The notes under the pieces were generated by a model. It did no database searches. It was not told where the DNA came from and saw nothing but the letters and a program-made list of their open reading frames with translations. A stretch of 32,000 bases of DNA from positions 4,692,128 to 4,724,127 of the forward strand of contig NZ_KE161030.1 of assembly GCF_000412335.2 (NCBI RefSeq), written 5' to 3'. How positions within the stretch are numbered: position 1 is the first letter of the stretch; each line of letters starts with the position of its first letter. This document shows positions 8,317 through 20,530 of this stretch, one piece after another. This DNA is from Cedecea davisae DSM 4568 (GTDB taxonomy: Bacteria; Pseudomonadota; Gammaproteobacteria; Enterobacterales; Enterobacteriaceae). The position numbers and the translations under genes are program-made.

Positions 8317-10394
8317 GCGTTTGAATAACGCTCGGTTTCCGGCATCCATCGCTCGATGAGCGCCAGAGCCTGCTCGGGATAGCGCTCATGAATATGGCGC
8401 GCCAGGCGCTGAACCTGCGGGATCATCCCCTGGTCCCGCAGCAGGTCGGCAACTTTGAACTCAGCGGTACCGGTCTGGCGGGTGCCGAGCAGCTCGCCAG
8501 GACCGCGGATTTCGAGATCTTTCTGAGCGATAACGAAGCCGTCATTACTGTCCCTTAGCACCTGCAGGCGCAGCTGGGCGGTTTTCGACAGCGGCGATTT
8601 ATAAAGCAGTACGCAGTGGGATGCTACCGCACCGCGGCCAACGCGGCCGCGAAGCTGGTGGAGTTGCGCAAGGCCTAAGCGCTCCGGGTTTTCGATGATC
8701 ATCAGGCTAGCATTGGGCACGTCCACGCCGACTTCGATGACCGTCGTCGCAACCAGGAGATGCAGTTCGCCCTGCTTAAAGGCCTGCATAACCGCCTGCT
8801 TCTCCTGCGGCTTCATGCGGCCGTGCACCAGGCCGACGTTAAGCTCCGGCAATGCGTCTTTTAGCTCTTCCCACGTCACTTCTGCCGCCTGGGCTTCCAG
8901 TAGCTCCGACTCTTCTATCAGGGTACAAACCCAGTAGGCCTGGCGGCCTTCATCGCGGCAGGCGCTGCGCACTCGTTCGATAATTTCATTGCGGCGCGTA
9001 TCGGCTATTGCCACCGTGGTAACCGGCGTGCGGCCCGGCGGCAGCTCGTCAATAACCGAGGTATCAAGATCGGCGTATGCGGTCATCGCCAGGGTGCGTG
9101 GGATAGGCGTGGCGGTCATGATCAGCTGATGAGGGTGGAAGCCCTGTATCTGGCCTTTTTCCCACAACGCAAGGCGCTGGTGAACGCCAAAGCGGTGCTG
9201 TTCATCAATGATAACCAGCGCCAGCCCGGAAAACTGCACCTGTTCCTGGAAAATAGCGTGAGTACCCACCACCATAGAAACCTGGCCGCTGGCAATGGCT
9301 TCCTGTTGCGCAATCCTCGCTTTACCTTTCTGCTTCCCGGCCAGCCAGCCCACTTCTATGCCCAACGGAGCAAACCACTGGCGGAAGTTATTGGCGTGCT
9401 GCTCTGCCAGCAGTTCGGTGGGGGCCATCAGGCCAACTTGTTTGCCGTGCGCAATAGCCCGCAGCGCGGCAAGCGCGGCAACCAGCGTTTTGCCTGAGCC
9501 AACATCACCCTGTACCAGGCGCATCATCGGCACGTCCTTCGCTAAATCCTGCTCTATCTCAGCGACTACGCGTGCCTGTGCCCCGGTTGGTTTAAACGGC
9601 AGCGCCGCCAGCAGCCTATTTTTTAGCTCGTCGTGATGGGTTAGCGGCAGAGCATGGTAGCGCTGCGCTCCGGCACGCAGAGCGAGCATACTCAGGTTAT
9701 GGGCGAGCAGCTCTTCCAGAATGAGGCGCTGCTGAGCAGGGTGTTTACCGGTTTCGAGGTCGGCAAGCTTCATGTCCGGCGGGGGGCGATGCAAAGTACG
9801 CAGAGCTTCCGGCAGGCTAATCATGCCCTGACTTAGCTCGGTCGGCAGCAGTTCGGCAATGGCGCAGGTATCCAGTAACTCAAGCGCCTGATCGGTTAGC
9901 TTACGCAGCGTGGCCTGGCGAATACCTTCGGTTGTCGGGTAAACAGGGGTTAGCGTTTCCTGTAGCTCAGGAGTGCTCAGGTCGCCCTGAATACGGTATT
10001 CCGGGTGGATCATCTCTGCGCCATATTTACCGCGTTTAGCTTCGCCGTAAGCAAGCACGCGCTTGCCGGTGGCAAGGCTATTTTTCATCGCCGCGTTGAA
10101 GTTGAAGAAACGCATCGTCAGTATGCCGGTGCCGTCGCTTATCTGGCAGGTCATCATGCGGCGGCCGCCGAAAGTGATATTGCAGTTCAGCACTTCGCCT
10201 TCCACCGTGGCGTAAACGCCGGGTAGCAGGTCGTTAATCGAATAAAGATGGGTGCGGTCTTCGTAACGCAGAGGCAGATGAAGCAGCAGATCCTGGAGGG
10301 TGTGCAGGCCAATTTTGGCCAGCTTTCCGCTCTGGCTGGCACCCACTCCGGCAAGCGTGCTTAACGGTATGGCATCCAGCAGGCGGCCTTTCAT
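8313..10394 (-). CDS. recG: ATP-dependent DNA helicase RecG
   Basis: 693 aa, collinear with E. coli RecG. Walker A GDVGSGKT and DEQH box are present. It is the last gene of the rpoZ-spoT-trmH-recG operon. Confidence 0.95.
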   Translation of the reverse strand: MKGRLLDAIPLSTLAGVGASQSGKLAKIGLHTLQDLLLHLPLRYEDRTHLYSINDLLPGVYATVEGEVLNCNITFGGRRMMTCQISDGTGILTMRFFNFNAAMKNSLATGKRVLAYGEAKRGKYGAEMIHPEYRIQGDLSTPELQETLTPVYPTTEGIRQATLRKLTDQALELLDTCAIAELLPTELSQGMISLPEALRTLHRPPPDMKLADLETGKHPAQQRLILEELLAHNLSMLALRAGAQRYHALPLTHHDELKNRLLAALPFKPTGAQARVVAEIEQDLAKDVPMMRLVQGDVGSGKTLVAALAALRAIAHGKQVGLMAPTELLAEQHANNFRQWFAPLGIEVGWLAGKQKGKARIAQQEAIASGQVSMVVGTHAIFQEQVQFSGLALVIIDEQHRFGVHQRLALWEKGQIQGFHPHQLIMTATPIPRTLAMTAYADLDTSVIDELPPGRTPVTTVAIADTRRNEIIERVRSACRDEGRQAYWVCTLIEESELLEAQAAEVTWEELKDALPELNVGLVHGRMKPQEKQAVMQAFKQGELHLLVATTVIEVGVDVPNASLMIIENPERLGLAQLHQLRGRVGRGAVASHCVLLYKSPLSKTAQLRLQVLRDSNDGFVIAQKDLEIRGPGELLGTRQTGTAEFKVADLLRDQGMIPQVQRLARHIHERYPEQALALIERWMPETERYSNA

Positions 10395-10397
10395 GGC

Positions 10398-11087
10398 TTA
10401 CTCCGCGGACTGCATCGTTGCCCACCATGCGGCATCAGCTTCTATCTCACCTTGCTGATTCACATGTGGGTAAGGCAGGCCTTTGCGGCGGGACACATTC
10501 GCCAGCACCGGGTAGCCGCCTTCAAATAACAGCCTTTGCTGCTCGGCTTCCGGCAGTGCGCTATTTTCGCGTTGGTACATGCCCGCGTTCTGACGCTGGC
10601 GCTGGGCTTCATAAAGAATCAGCGCGGAAGCGACGGAGACGTTGAGCGACTGCACCATGCCCGTCATCGGAATAATGATGTCCTGGTCTGCGAGAGCCAG
10701 CGCTTCTGCGGTAATACCGGTTTTTTCCTGGCCCATCAGAATGCAGGTTGGGCGCGTATAGTCTATCTCGCGGAAATCTACGGCTTTGTCGGAAAGGTTG
10801 GTTGCCAGAATTTGCATACCGCTGCTTTTTAGCTGGCTAACGGCTTCGCCGATGGTGGCGTGGGTTTTCACTTCTACCCACGAGTTGCTGCCCGCGGCCG
10901 AAGAGGCCATGGTGCGCATACGGCTTCCCGGCCAGACCGCGTGCACTTCATGCACGCCGACGGCATCGGCGGTACGAATTATTGCGGAGACGTTATGGGG
11001 CTTGTGCACCTGCTCCATGCAAACGGTCAGGTCAGGCTGGCGTCTGGCGAGCATCTCGCAAATACGCGCATAACGTTGAGGATTCAT
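10398..11087 (-). CDS. trmH: tRNA (Gm18) 2'-O-methyltransferase (SpoU)
   Basis: 229 aa. MNPQRYARICEMLARRQPDLTVCMEQVHKPHNVSAIIRTADAVGVHEVH.. matches E. coli TrmH. Confidence 0.93.
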   Translation of the reverse strand: MNPQRYARICEMLARRQPDLTVCMEQVHKPHNVSAIIRTADAVGVHEVHAVWPGSRMRTMASSAAGSNSWVEVKTHATIGEAVSQLKSSGMQILATNLSDKAVDFREIDYTRPTCILMGQEKTGITAEALALADQDIIIPMTGMVQSLNVSVASALILYEAQRQRQNAGMYQRENSALPEAEQQRLLFEGGYPVLANVSRRKGLPYPHVNQQGEIEADAAWWATMQSAE

Positions 11088-11091
11088 AACA

Positions 11092-13212
11092 CTAGTTTCT
11101 GTTGCGGGTAACTTTAATCACATCCGGCATCACGCGGATCTTGCGCATGATGTTTGCCAGATGGACGCGGTCCCGGGCGGTCAGTCGAATAAAGGCGCTG
11201 TAAACGCGGCCGTCTTTCTCTTCGGTATTCAGGCTCTGAATATTAGAACTCGCGGTGTTGATAGCCGCAGTCAGGTTGGCCAGCGCGCCCTGGTGGTTGA
11301 ACATGTCCACCTTGATCTCGGTAATGAATTCCTGCTCGGTCTCTTTATCCCACTCTACCGCCATAAACTTCTCAGGCTCTTTCTGGTAGCCACGAATATT
11401 TCGACAGGACTCATGGTGGATAACCAACCCTTTTCCAGGGCTGACGTGAGCAACGATAGGATCTCCCGGGATAGGGCGACAGCACTTGGCGAAGGTAATC
11501 AGTACGCCATCAGCGCCTTTGATTGGCAAGTTGCTGTGGGTTGACGTCGTCGCCGAGCCGGGTTGTGAGGTGACCGGAGCTTCGCCCTGAAGGTTTTTTG
11601 CCACCACCACGCTCATCGCGTTGCCGAGGCCGATTTCTGCCAGCAGGTCGTCAAGAGAGGCCAGCTTCATGCGTTCCAGCTCGCGCTGAACGTTCTCGGC
11701 CGGGATCTCGGCAAGCTTGCGGCTACCGCCCAGCGCATGGTTGAGCAGGCGACGCCCAAGGCTGACGGAGTCGTCGCGCTTGAGGTTTTTCAGCATCTGG
11801 CGAATTTTGGCGCGTGCTTTGGAGCTGACGACAAAATTGAGCCACGCGGCATTCGGGCGTGCGCCCGGCGCGGTAATGATTTCGATAGTCTGGCCGCTGG
11901 TCAGCGACTGTGACAGCGGATAAGGCTGGCGGTCTACGCGTGCGCCTACGCAGGCATGGCCGATGTCGGTATGAACCGCATAGGCAAAATCCACCGGCGT
12001 TGCGCCCGCAGGCAGCTCCACGATGCGGCCTTCCGGGGTGAAAACGTAAATCTCATCCGGGAACAGATCGGATTTTACGCTCTCGATAAATTCAAACGAG
12101 CTGCCTGCGCTTTGCTGAAGCTCCAGCAGGCTTTGCATCCAGCGCTGGGCGCGGATTTGTGCGGTTGTGCTGCTTTCGCCCTGCTCTTTGTAAGCCCAGT
12201 GCGCAGCAACCCCCATTTCCGCCATCTGATCCATATCTTCGGTACGGATTTGCACTTCAACCGGCACGCCGTGTGGCCCGATCATTGAAGTGTGCAGGGA
12301 CTGATAGCCGTTCGCTTTTGGAATGGCAATATAGTCCTTAACCCGGCCTGGACGTGGTTTATAGAGGCTGTGCATCTGCCCGAGTACGCGGTAACAGGTA
12401 TCCATATCGTGAACGATTACGCGGAAAGCGTAGATGTCCATAATTGAATGGAAACGCTGCTCTTTGAGCGTCATCTTGCAGTAAATGGAGTAAAGGTGTT
12501 TTTCGCGACCGCTGACGCGGCATGGAATACCGGCTTCCTGCAAACGTCCGTCGATTTCTGAGAGGATTTTTTGAATCATCTCTTTGCGGTTACCGCGCGC
12601 CGCTTTTACCACTTCTTTAATTACGCGGTAACGGTTCGGGTAAAGCGCTTCAAAGCCTAGCTCTTCCAGTTCGGTTTTCAGATGATGAATACCAAGGCGG
12701 TGGGCCAGCGGGCTGTAGATTTCGAGGGTTTCACGGGCAATGCGGCGGCGCTTGTCCGGGCGCAGTGAACCCAGGGTTCGCATATTGTGGGTGCGGTCTG
12801 CGAGCTTGATCAAGATGACGCGGATGTCCTGCACCATCGCCATGATCATTTTGCGGAAGTTTTCGGCCTGCGCCTCTTTCTTATCGCGGAACTTCAGTTT
12901 GTCTAGCTTAGAGACCCCTTCCACCAGCTCGGCAACGCTTTTGCCAAACAGTTGTTCCATATCCTGGTAGGTGGCAGGGGTGTCTTCAATCACATCATGC
13001 AGCAGCGCCGCCATTAGCGTTTCATGGTCGAGTTTCATCTCGGCCAGAATGCAGGCGACGGCTACCGGATGGGTGATATAGGGTTCACCGCTTGAACGAG
13101 TTTGTCCCTCGTGAGCATCACGCGCGACAAGGTATGCCTGCCGAAGGCGCTTGATTTGCTCCTCGGGCAGATAGTTTTGAATCAGCTGATTCAGGCTCTC
13201 AAACAGATACAA
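11092..13212 (-). CDS. spoT: Bifunctional (p)ppGpp synthetase II / pyrophosphohydrolase SpoT
   Basis: 706 aa. MYLFESLNQLIQNYLPEEQIKRLRQAYLVARDAHEGQTRSSGEPYITHPVAV.. is near-identical to E. coli SpoT except for a divergent linker just before the C-terminal region. Confidence 0.96.
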   Translation of the reverse strand: MYLFESLNQLIQNYLPEEQIKRLRQAYLVARDAHEGQTRSSGEPYITHPVAVACILAEMKLDHETLMAALLHDVIEDTPATYQDMEQLFGKSVAELVEGVSKLDKLKFRDKKEAQAENFRKMIMAMVQDIRVILIKLADRTHNMRTLGSLRPDKRRRIARETLEIYSPLAHRLGIHHLKTELEELGFEALYPNRYRVIKEVVKAARGNRKEMIQKILSEIDGRLQEAGIPCRVSGREKHLYSIYCKMTLKEQRFHSIMDIYAFRVIVHDMDTCYRVLGQMHSLYKPRPGRVKDYIAIPKANGYQSLHTSMIGPHGVPVEVQIRTEDMDQMAEMGVAAHWAYKEQGESSTTAQIRAQRWMQSLLELQQSAGSSFEFIESVKSDLFPDEIYVFTPEGRIVELPAGATPVDFAYAVHTDIGHACVGARVDRQPYPLSQSLTSGQTIEIITAPGARPNAAWLNFVVSSKARAKIRQMLKNLKRDDSVSLGRRLLNHALGGSRKLAEIPAENVQRELERMKLASLDDLLAEIGLGNAMSVVVAKNLQGEAPVTSQPGSATTSTHSNLPIKGADGVLITFAKCCRPIPGDPIVAHVSPGKGLVIHHESCRNIRGYQKEPEKFMAVEWDKETEQEFITEIKVDMFNHQGALANLTAAINTASSNIQSLNTEEKDGRVYSAFIRLTARDRVHLANIMRKIRVMPDVIKVTRNRN

Positions 13213-13230
13213 GGGCTACCCGCGGGCTAA

Positions 13231-13506
13231 TTAACGACGACCTTCAGCAATAGCAGTAACGGCCTGCAGTTCTGCGGCTTCCTGCTCTTGCTGTTCCTGG
13301 CGCTCACGCACATCGAGGATCTGGTTGGTTATCAACCCTTCTTCGATTTCGCGCAGTGCGATAACGGTCGTTTTGTCGTTTTCTTCCGGTACAAGCGGAT
13401 CTTTACCGCCAACCTGCATCTGACGAGCGCGACGCGCGGCGACAAGTACCAGGTCAAAACGGTTACCAATTTTCTCTACTGCGTCCTGAACGGTTACGCG
13501 TGCCAT
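13231..13506 (-). CDS. rpoZ: RNA polymerase omega subunit
   Basis: 91 aa. [57 protein letters not shown]... Confidence 0.96.
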   Translation of the reverse strand: MARVTVQDAVEKIGNRFDLVLVAARRARQMQVGGKDPLVPEENDKTTVIALREIEEGLITNQILDVRERQEQQEQEAAELQAVTAIAEGRR

Positions 13507-13560
13507 AATTAAAATGCTCCACAGGTGAAGAAATGACTGGGCATGATACTGAAACTGGTG

Positions 13561-14223
<663 letters not shown>

Positions 14224-14370
14224 CTACCGGCATATTATACACACCGCCGCCGCGCGACGAAGATTTTGTGATCGGCTACTGTGGTTTTTCTCGCGCTTTA
14301 CGTGATGTTTCCCTTTTATTTGCTTCATTTTCTGCAACGCCTCAGGTTTTCAGGAAGCACAGCCTCATAA

Positions 14371-16742
<2,372 letters not shown>

Positions 16743-16822
16743 GAATGTCCCCTCAGAAGTTGCTCCGAGGGTAGCGTTTTGTGCGTTGTGTCACGATTGA
16801 GATTTTCTAAATTGAATCTGTA

Positions 16823-16853
16823 TTGATTAGTTTTATTTATGCGAAAATATTAT
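16823..16853 (+). promoter_or_regulatory. Candidate promoter in the AT-rich leader of the orphan ORF
   Basis: TTGATT (16823-16828), N19, TATTAT (16848-16853). The spacer is long, and an alternative -10 AATATT sits at N17. Pattern match in AT-rich DNA only. Confidence 0.25.
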
Positions 16854-16878
16854 TTTATCCTCAAATAGAGGGTTATCT

Positions 16879-16935
16879 ATGAAATTAATATTTAAAAAAT
16901 GGATTAGTAGAACTATCGGTAATCGGAGGGGCTGA
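16879..16935 (+). CDS. Putative 18-codon upstream ORF / leader peptide (MKLIFKKWISRTIGNRRG)
   Basis: GAGGG (16868-16872) lies 6 nt before ATG 16879. The TGA stop (16933-16935) ends 2 nt before the downstream ATG. The last codons of this ORF contain the downstream gene's SD (GGAGGGG, 16925-16931). No homology evidence. Confidence 0.3.
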   Translation: MKLIFKKWISRTIGNRRG

Positions 16936-16937
16936 CG

Positions 16938-17330
16938 ATGAAAACTGTCTCTGCGGTGCTCAGGGCGTTAGCGAAAGGTATCAATCCTGAAACAGGAGAG
17001 CTGCTGGCATCCGGTTCGCTGGCGAATCAACCCGATGCGATAAGAATGCTGTTTGCACTTTCTGAGGAGCTGGCGGAGAGGCCGGAGAAGCAGAAACAGA
17101 TCAAACTCACTCCCGAAGAACGGCAGCGAAAGAATATTGCTGAAGGCAGGCCGGCTAAAGCTTATTTTCCCTGGGCTGCCGATGAGAAAGTATTGCTGGA
17201 CGTGAAGTATCGGCAAAATGAAGACATAAATGCATTAAGTCAGCAGTTCGGTCGCTCGGCGCGAGCGGTCGCTATTCAGCTGGAAAAGATGGGTTTAATT
17301 ACGGCGGAACAGCTTCTGGCGACGCGCTGA
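16938..17330 (+). CDS. Hypothetical 130-aa protein with a possible C-terminal helix-turn-helix
   Basis: Strong SD GGAGGGG 6 nt upstream. The codon usage does not look like a shadow ORF, and a hairpin follows the stop. The C-terminal segment PWAADEKVLLDVKYRQNEDINALSQQFGRSARAVAIQLEKMGLI resembles a tri-helical (Myb/sigma-r4-like) HTH by eye. I do not recognise the family. Confidence 0.6.
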   Translation: MKTVSAVLRALAKGINPETGELLASGSLANQPDAIRMLFALSEELAERPEKQKQIKLTPEERQRKNIAEGRPAKAYFPWAADEKVLLDVKYRQNEDINALSQQFGRSARAVAIQLEKMGLITAEQLLATR

Positions 17331-17339
17331 GAAAGTTGA

Positions 17340-17361
17340 GAGGCCCATAAATCAGGGCCTC
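17340..17361. terminator. Hairpin between the convergent orphan ORF and yicC
   Basis: gaggccc / gggcctc 7-bp stem with an 8-nt loop, 10 nt after the ORF stop and 7 nt after the yicC stop. There is no clean U-run on either strand. Confidence 0.45.
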
Positions 17362-17367
17362 GCGGTA

Positions 17368-18231
17368 TCACTCGATGTTCTGAATCTGCTCGCGCATTTG
17401 CTCGATCAAGACTTTCAGCTCGATGGCTGAGGTGGTGACATCTGAGTTTATCGATTTGGAGGCCAGCGTGTTCGACTCGCGGTTGAACTCCTGCATCATA
17501 AAGTCGAGGCGACGGCCAACGGCTTCTTTTTTCTTCAGGATGTTATAGGTCTCTTTAACGTGAGCTTCCAGGCGGTCAAGCTCTTCAGCGACGTCGATTC
17601 GCTGTGCCATCAACACCAACTCTTGCTCAAGGCGGCTATTTTCAAGCTGTACTTCGGCTTCTTCCAGCTTGCTGACCAGGCGCTCACGCTGCCATTTAAC
17701 CACTTCTGGCATTTGCGCTCGTACTTTCACCACTTCGGCGCTGACGCCTTCGAGGCGTTGCTCGATAAGCGCTTTTAATGCGTGGCCTTCAGTTTCGCGG
17801 GCAACAATAAAATCATCCAGTGCGCCATCCAGTGCGGCAAGGATCTCCGCGGCGATAGCGTCCAGGTCCTGCTCCTGAGCGGACATTACGCCGGGCCAGC
17901 GCAGAATATCAACCGGATTTATTTCCCCTTCGTCACTCTGCATTTTGACCCAGTTAGCGGCGTCAACCAGCTGCTTAGCCAGTTTTTCATTAAGGAGCAA
18001 AGCGCCTTGCGAGCGGGAGTCTGGTTCGAAGCGCAGGTTGCACTCGATTTTGCCGCGAGTCAGTCGATTGCGGATGCGTTCGCGCGCTACAGGCTCAAGG
18101 CTGCGGAACTGTTCCGGCATGCGGATGTAAGTTTCGAGATAGCGCTGGTTAACCGAGCGTAATTCCCAGGAGGCTGAGCCCCATTCACCTTTTACTTCAC
18201 GCCGGGCGTAGGCGGTCATACTGCGGATCAT
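17368..18231 (-). CDS. yicC: YicC-family stress-induced protein (reported endoribonuclease)
   Basis: 287 aa. MIRSMTAYARREVKGEWGSASWELRSVNQRYLETYIRMPEQFRSLEP.. is collinear with E. coli YicC. Confidence 0.93.
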   Translation of the reverse strand: MIRSMTAYARREVKGEWGSASWELRSVNQRYLETYIRMPEQFRSLEPVARERIRNRLTRGKIECNLRFEPDSRSQGALLLNEKLAKQLVDAANWVKMQSDEGEINPVDILRWPGVMSAQEQDLDAIAAEILAALDGALDDFIVARETEGHALKALIEQRLEGVSAEVVKVRAQMPEVVKWQRERLVSKLEEAEVQLENSRLEQELVLMAQRIDVAEELDRLEAHVKETYNILKKKEAVGRRLDFMMQEFNRESNTLASKSINSDVTTSAIELKVLIEQMREQIQNIE

Positions 18232-18315
18232 AGCAGGTACCCGTTTTCAGCTAATGTATGAGGGGATTATAGCCATCAGGGGTCTTGCAGGATAGGAATA
18301 AGCGCCTGAAGTCCG

Positions 18316-18321
18316 TATAAT
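18316..18321 (+). promoter_or_regulatory. Candidate -10 hexamer for rph-pyrE
   Basis: Perfect TATAAT 36 nt upstream of the rph ATG. No convincing -35 (TAGGAA at N17). Confidence 0.35.
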
Positions 18322-18356
18322 GCGCAGCCACATTCGTTTTAGCCGGAGATAAGCCC

Positions 18357-19073
18357 ATGCGTCCATCAGGTCGTAGCGCCGAACAAGTGCGCCCAGTTAC
18401 CCTGACCCGCCATTACACTAAACACGCAGAAGGTTCCGTGCTTGTCGAGTTTGGTGATACCAAAGTGCTTTGCACCGCCACCCTTGAAGAAGGCGTTCCT
18501 CGCTTCCTGAAAGGTCAGGGCCAGGGCTGGATCACCGCCGAATACGGCATGCTGCCGCGTGCAACTCATAGCCGTAATGCGCGTGAAGCTGCAAAAGGCA
18601 AGCAGGGCGGCCGTACCCTTGAAATTCAGCGTCTGATCGCCCGTTCTCTGCGCGCGGCGGTAGATTTAAAGGCGCTGGGTGAATTCACCATCACTCTGGA
18701 CTGCGACGTCCTGCAGGCCGATGGTGGCACCCGCACTGCTTCTATCACCGGTGCCTGCGTGGCGCTGGCCGATGCGCTGAACGGCCTTGTGGCTGCCGGT
18801 AAGCTGAAAACTAACCCAATGAAGGGAATGGTGGCGGCGGTTTCCGTCGGCATCGTCAAGGGTGAAGCGCTTTGCGATCTGGAGTATGTCGAAGACTCCT
18901 CGGCTGAAACCGATATGAACGTAGTGATGATGGAAGATGGACGCATGATTGAAGTGCAGGGCACCGCTGAAGGCGAGCCGTTCTCCCATGAAGAGCTACT
19001 GGCGCTGCTAGCACTGGCCCGAGGGGGAATTGATTCCATTATCGCGTCGCAGAAGGCGGCGTTAGAAAATTAA
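18357..19073 (+). CDS. rph: Ribonuclease PH (intact, 238 aa)
   Basis: [41 protein letters not shown].. is full length through ..QKAALEN. It does not carry the C-terminal frameshift known from K-12 MG1655. Confidence 0.95.
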   Translation: MRPSGRSAEQVRPVTLTRHYTKHAEGSVLVEFGDTKVLCTATLEEGVPRFLKGQGQGWITAEYGMLPRATHSRNAREAAKGKQGGRTLEIQRLIARSLRAAVDLKALGEFTITLDCDVLQADGGTRTASITGACVALADALNGLVAAGKLKTNPMKGMVAAVSVGIVKGEALCDLEYVEDSSAETDMNVVMMEDGRMIEVQGTAEGEPFSHEELLALLALARGGIDSIIASQKAALEN

Positions 19074-19080
19074 TTTTTAA

Positions 19081-19107
19081 AAAGCGACTGAGAAGTCGCT
19101 TTTTTTA
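19081..19107 (+). terminator. pyrE attenuator (intrinsic terminator in the rph-pyrE spacer)
   Basis: aaagcgac / gtcgcttt stem, loop tgagaa, T-run. It starts 8 nt after the rph stop and ends 32 nt before the pyrE ATG, as in the known UTP-sensitive attenuator. Confidence 0.8.
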
Positions 19108-19138
19108 TGTCCGTGTAACAACGCTAAGGAGCGAATCC

Positions 19139-19780
19139 ATGAAACCGTATCAGCGCCAGTTTATTGAGTTTGCGCTTAACAAACAGGTACTCAAGTTTGG
19201 CGAATTTACGCTGAAATCCGGGCGTACCAGCCCCTATTTCTTCAACGCCGGGCTGTTTAATACCGGGCGCGATCTGGCGTTACTGGGGCGTTTTTATGCC
19301 GCCGCGCTGATGGATTCCGGTATCGACTTCGACCTGCTGTTTGGCCCGGCCTATAAGGGCATCCCTATCGCGACAACCACCGCGGTTGCGCTGGCCGAGC
19401 ATCATGAACGGGATGTGCCTTATTGCTTCAACCGTAAAGAAGCGAAAGATCACGGCGAGGGTGGCAATCTGGTCGGTAGCCCGCTGCAGGGGCGTGTAAT
19501 GCTGGTGGATGACGTGATAACCGCCGGAACGGCCATTCGTGAGTCGATGGAAATCATTGCCGCTAACGGTGCCAGCCTTGCGGGTGTTTTGATTTCTCTC
19601 GACAGGCAAGAACGCGGGCGCGCTGATATTTCTGCAATTCAGGAGGTTGAGCGTGATTATAAATGCCAGGTCATCTCTATCATCACTTTGAAGGACCTGA
19701 TTGCCTATCTGGAAGAGAAACCAGAAATGGCCGACAAACTTGCTGCGGTGCGTAAGTATCGCGAAGAGTACGGCGTATAA
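19139..19780 (+). CDS. pyrE: Orotate phosphoribosyltransferase
   Basis: 213 aa. [43 protein letters not shown].. with the PRPP motif [13 protein letters not shown]. Confidence 0.96.
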   Translation: MKPYQRQFIEFALNKQVLKFGEFTLKSGRTSPYFFNAGLFNTGRDLALLGRFYAAALMDSGIDFDLLFGPAYKGIPIATTTAVALAEHHERDVPYCFNRKEAKDHGEGGNLVGSPLQGRVMLVDDVITAGTAIRESMEIIAANGASLAGVLISLDRQERGRADISAIQEVERDYKCQVISIITLKDLIAYLEEKPEMADKLAAVRKYREEYGV

Positions 19781-19788
19781 GCCAGAAA

Positions 19789-19814
19789 AGAAAAGGGCCA
19801 TCAGGCCCTTTTCT
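19789..19814. terminator. Bidirectional terminator between pyrE and slmA
   Basis: 11-bp stem agaaaagggcc / ggcccttttct with a 4-nt loop. A-tract and T-tract flanks give U-runs on both strands. It touches the slmA stop codon. Confidence 0.75.
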
Positions 19815-20410
19815 TAGTACAGCTGTGCGGCAATCAGCGGCCAGCGGGTATCGAAATCATCCGTGGGCAGATAGCGGAAGTCGCTGCGAACAAAACGCGA
19901 AAGCATCCCTTCACAGAAAGCCAGTAGCTGGCTTGCCAGCAGGGCTTCATCGGTAGTAAACCCTTCGCCCTCACGCATTTTCTTTTCGCGCATTACCTGA
20001 CGCAGCTGAACCTCAATACGCTCAAATAGCTGATTGATGCGGTCCTGCAGGCGATCTTGTTCAAACATCAGCGCATGGCCGGTAAGAATGCGGGTTAACC
20101 CCGGGTTACGTTCACCAAAACCCAGCACCAGCAGAACGATCAGCCGCAGGCGAGCCAGCGTATCTTTCTCATCTTTCAAAATCAGGTTAATGCGGGTAAT
20201 CAGGCTGTCTTCGATAAACTCAATCAGGCTATCGAACATTTTCATCTTGCTGGGAAAATGCCGATAGAGCGCCGCTTCGGACACGCCAACCGTTGCCGCA
20301 AGTTTCGCGGTGGTAATGCGCTGGCTGCCGTCGCTGGATTCAAGCATTTGGGCCAGAGACTGAAGTATTTCCTCGCGACGATTCCTTTTCGCGGTCTGTT
20401 TTTCTGCCAT
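19814..20410 (-). CDS. slmA: Nucleoid occlusion factor SlmA (TetR family)
   Basis: 198 aa. [55 protein letters not shown]... Confidence 0.94.
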   Translation of the reverse strand: MAEKQTAKRNRREEILQSLAQMLESSDGSQRITTAKLAATVGVSEAALYRHFPSKMKMFDSLIEFIEDSLITRINLILKDEKDTLARLRLIVLLVLGFGERNPGLTRILTGHALMFEQDRLQDRINQLFERIEVQLRQVMREKKMREGEGFTTDEALLASQLLAFCEGMLSRFVRSDFRYLPTDDFDTRWPLIAAQLY

Positions 20411-20530
20411 GTTCTAAAATACCCCTGAAAATTACCTTGTCAGGCAAGCACCGCACCGCGCCCGCAAACGCCTGGTTTGCGGTCTGTTATAACGTTATCT
20501 ACGCGGTAGGGTTACGTTTATAAAACGGTA

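Noticed and set aside
11500-11580. A divergent Ser/Thr/Pro-rich linker in SpoT (..QGEAPVTSQPGSATTSTHSNLPIKG..) that makes the protein 706 aa, against my remembered 702 aa for E. coli.
   Set aside because: It is an inter-domain linker of the kind that normally varies between genera. The reading frame and the flanking domains are intact.
14267-14284. A CRP-like half-site, tgtgatcggctactgtgg, in the gmk-ligB divergent region.
   Set aside because: The second half (actgt) does not match TCACA, and a single half-site is not meaningful.
16818-16833. A possible LexA (SOS) box, ctgtattgattagttt, upstream of the orphan ORF. I looked for one because K-12 has the SOS gene dinD at this locus.
   Set aside because: Only the CTGT half-site is present. 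The distal half reads GTTT instead of ACAG, so it does not fit CTGT-N8-ACAG.
20462-20482. An 8-bp hairpin, ccgcaaac-gcctg-gtttgcgg, in the dut-slmA spacer.
   Set aside because: It has no U-run on either strand and sits between co-oriented genes. It may be a minor mRNA structure, but the sequence alone does not support a regulatory or terminator call.
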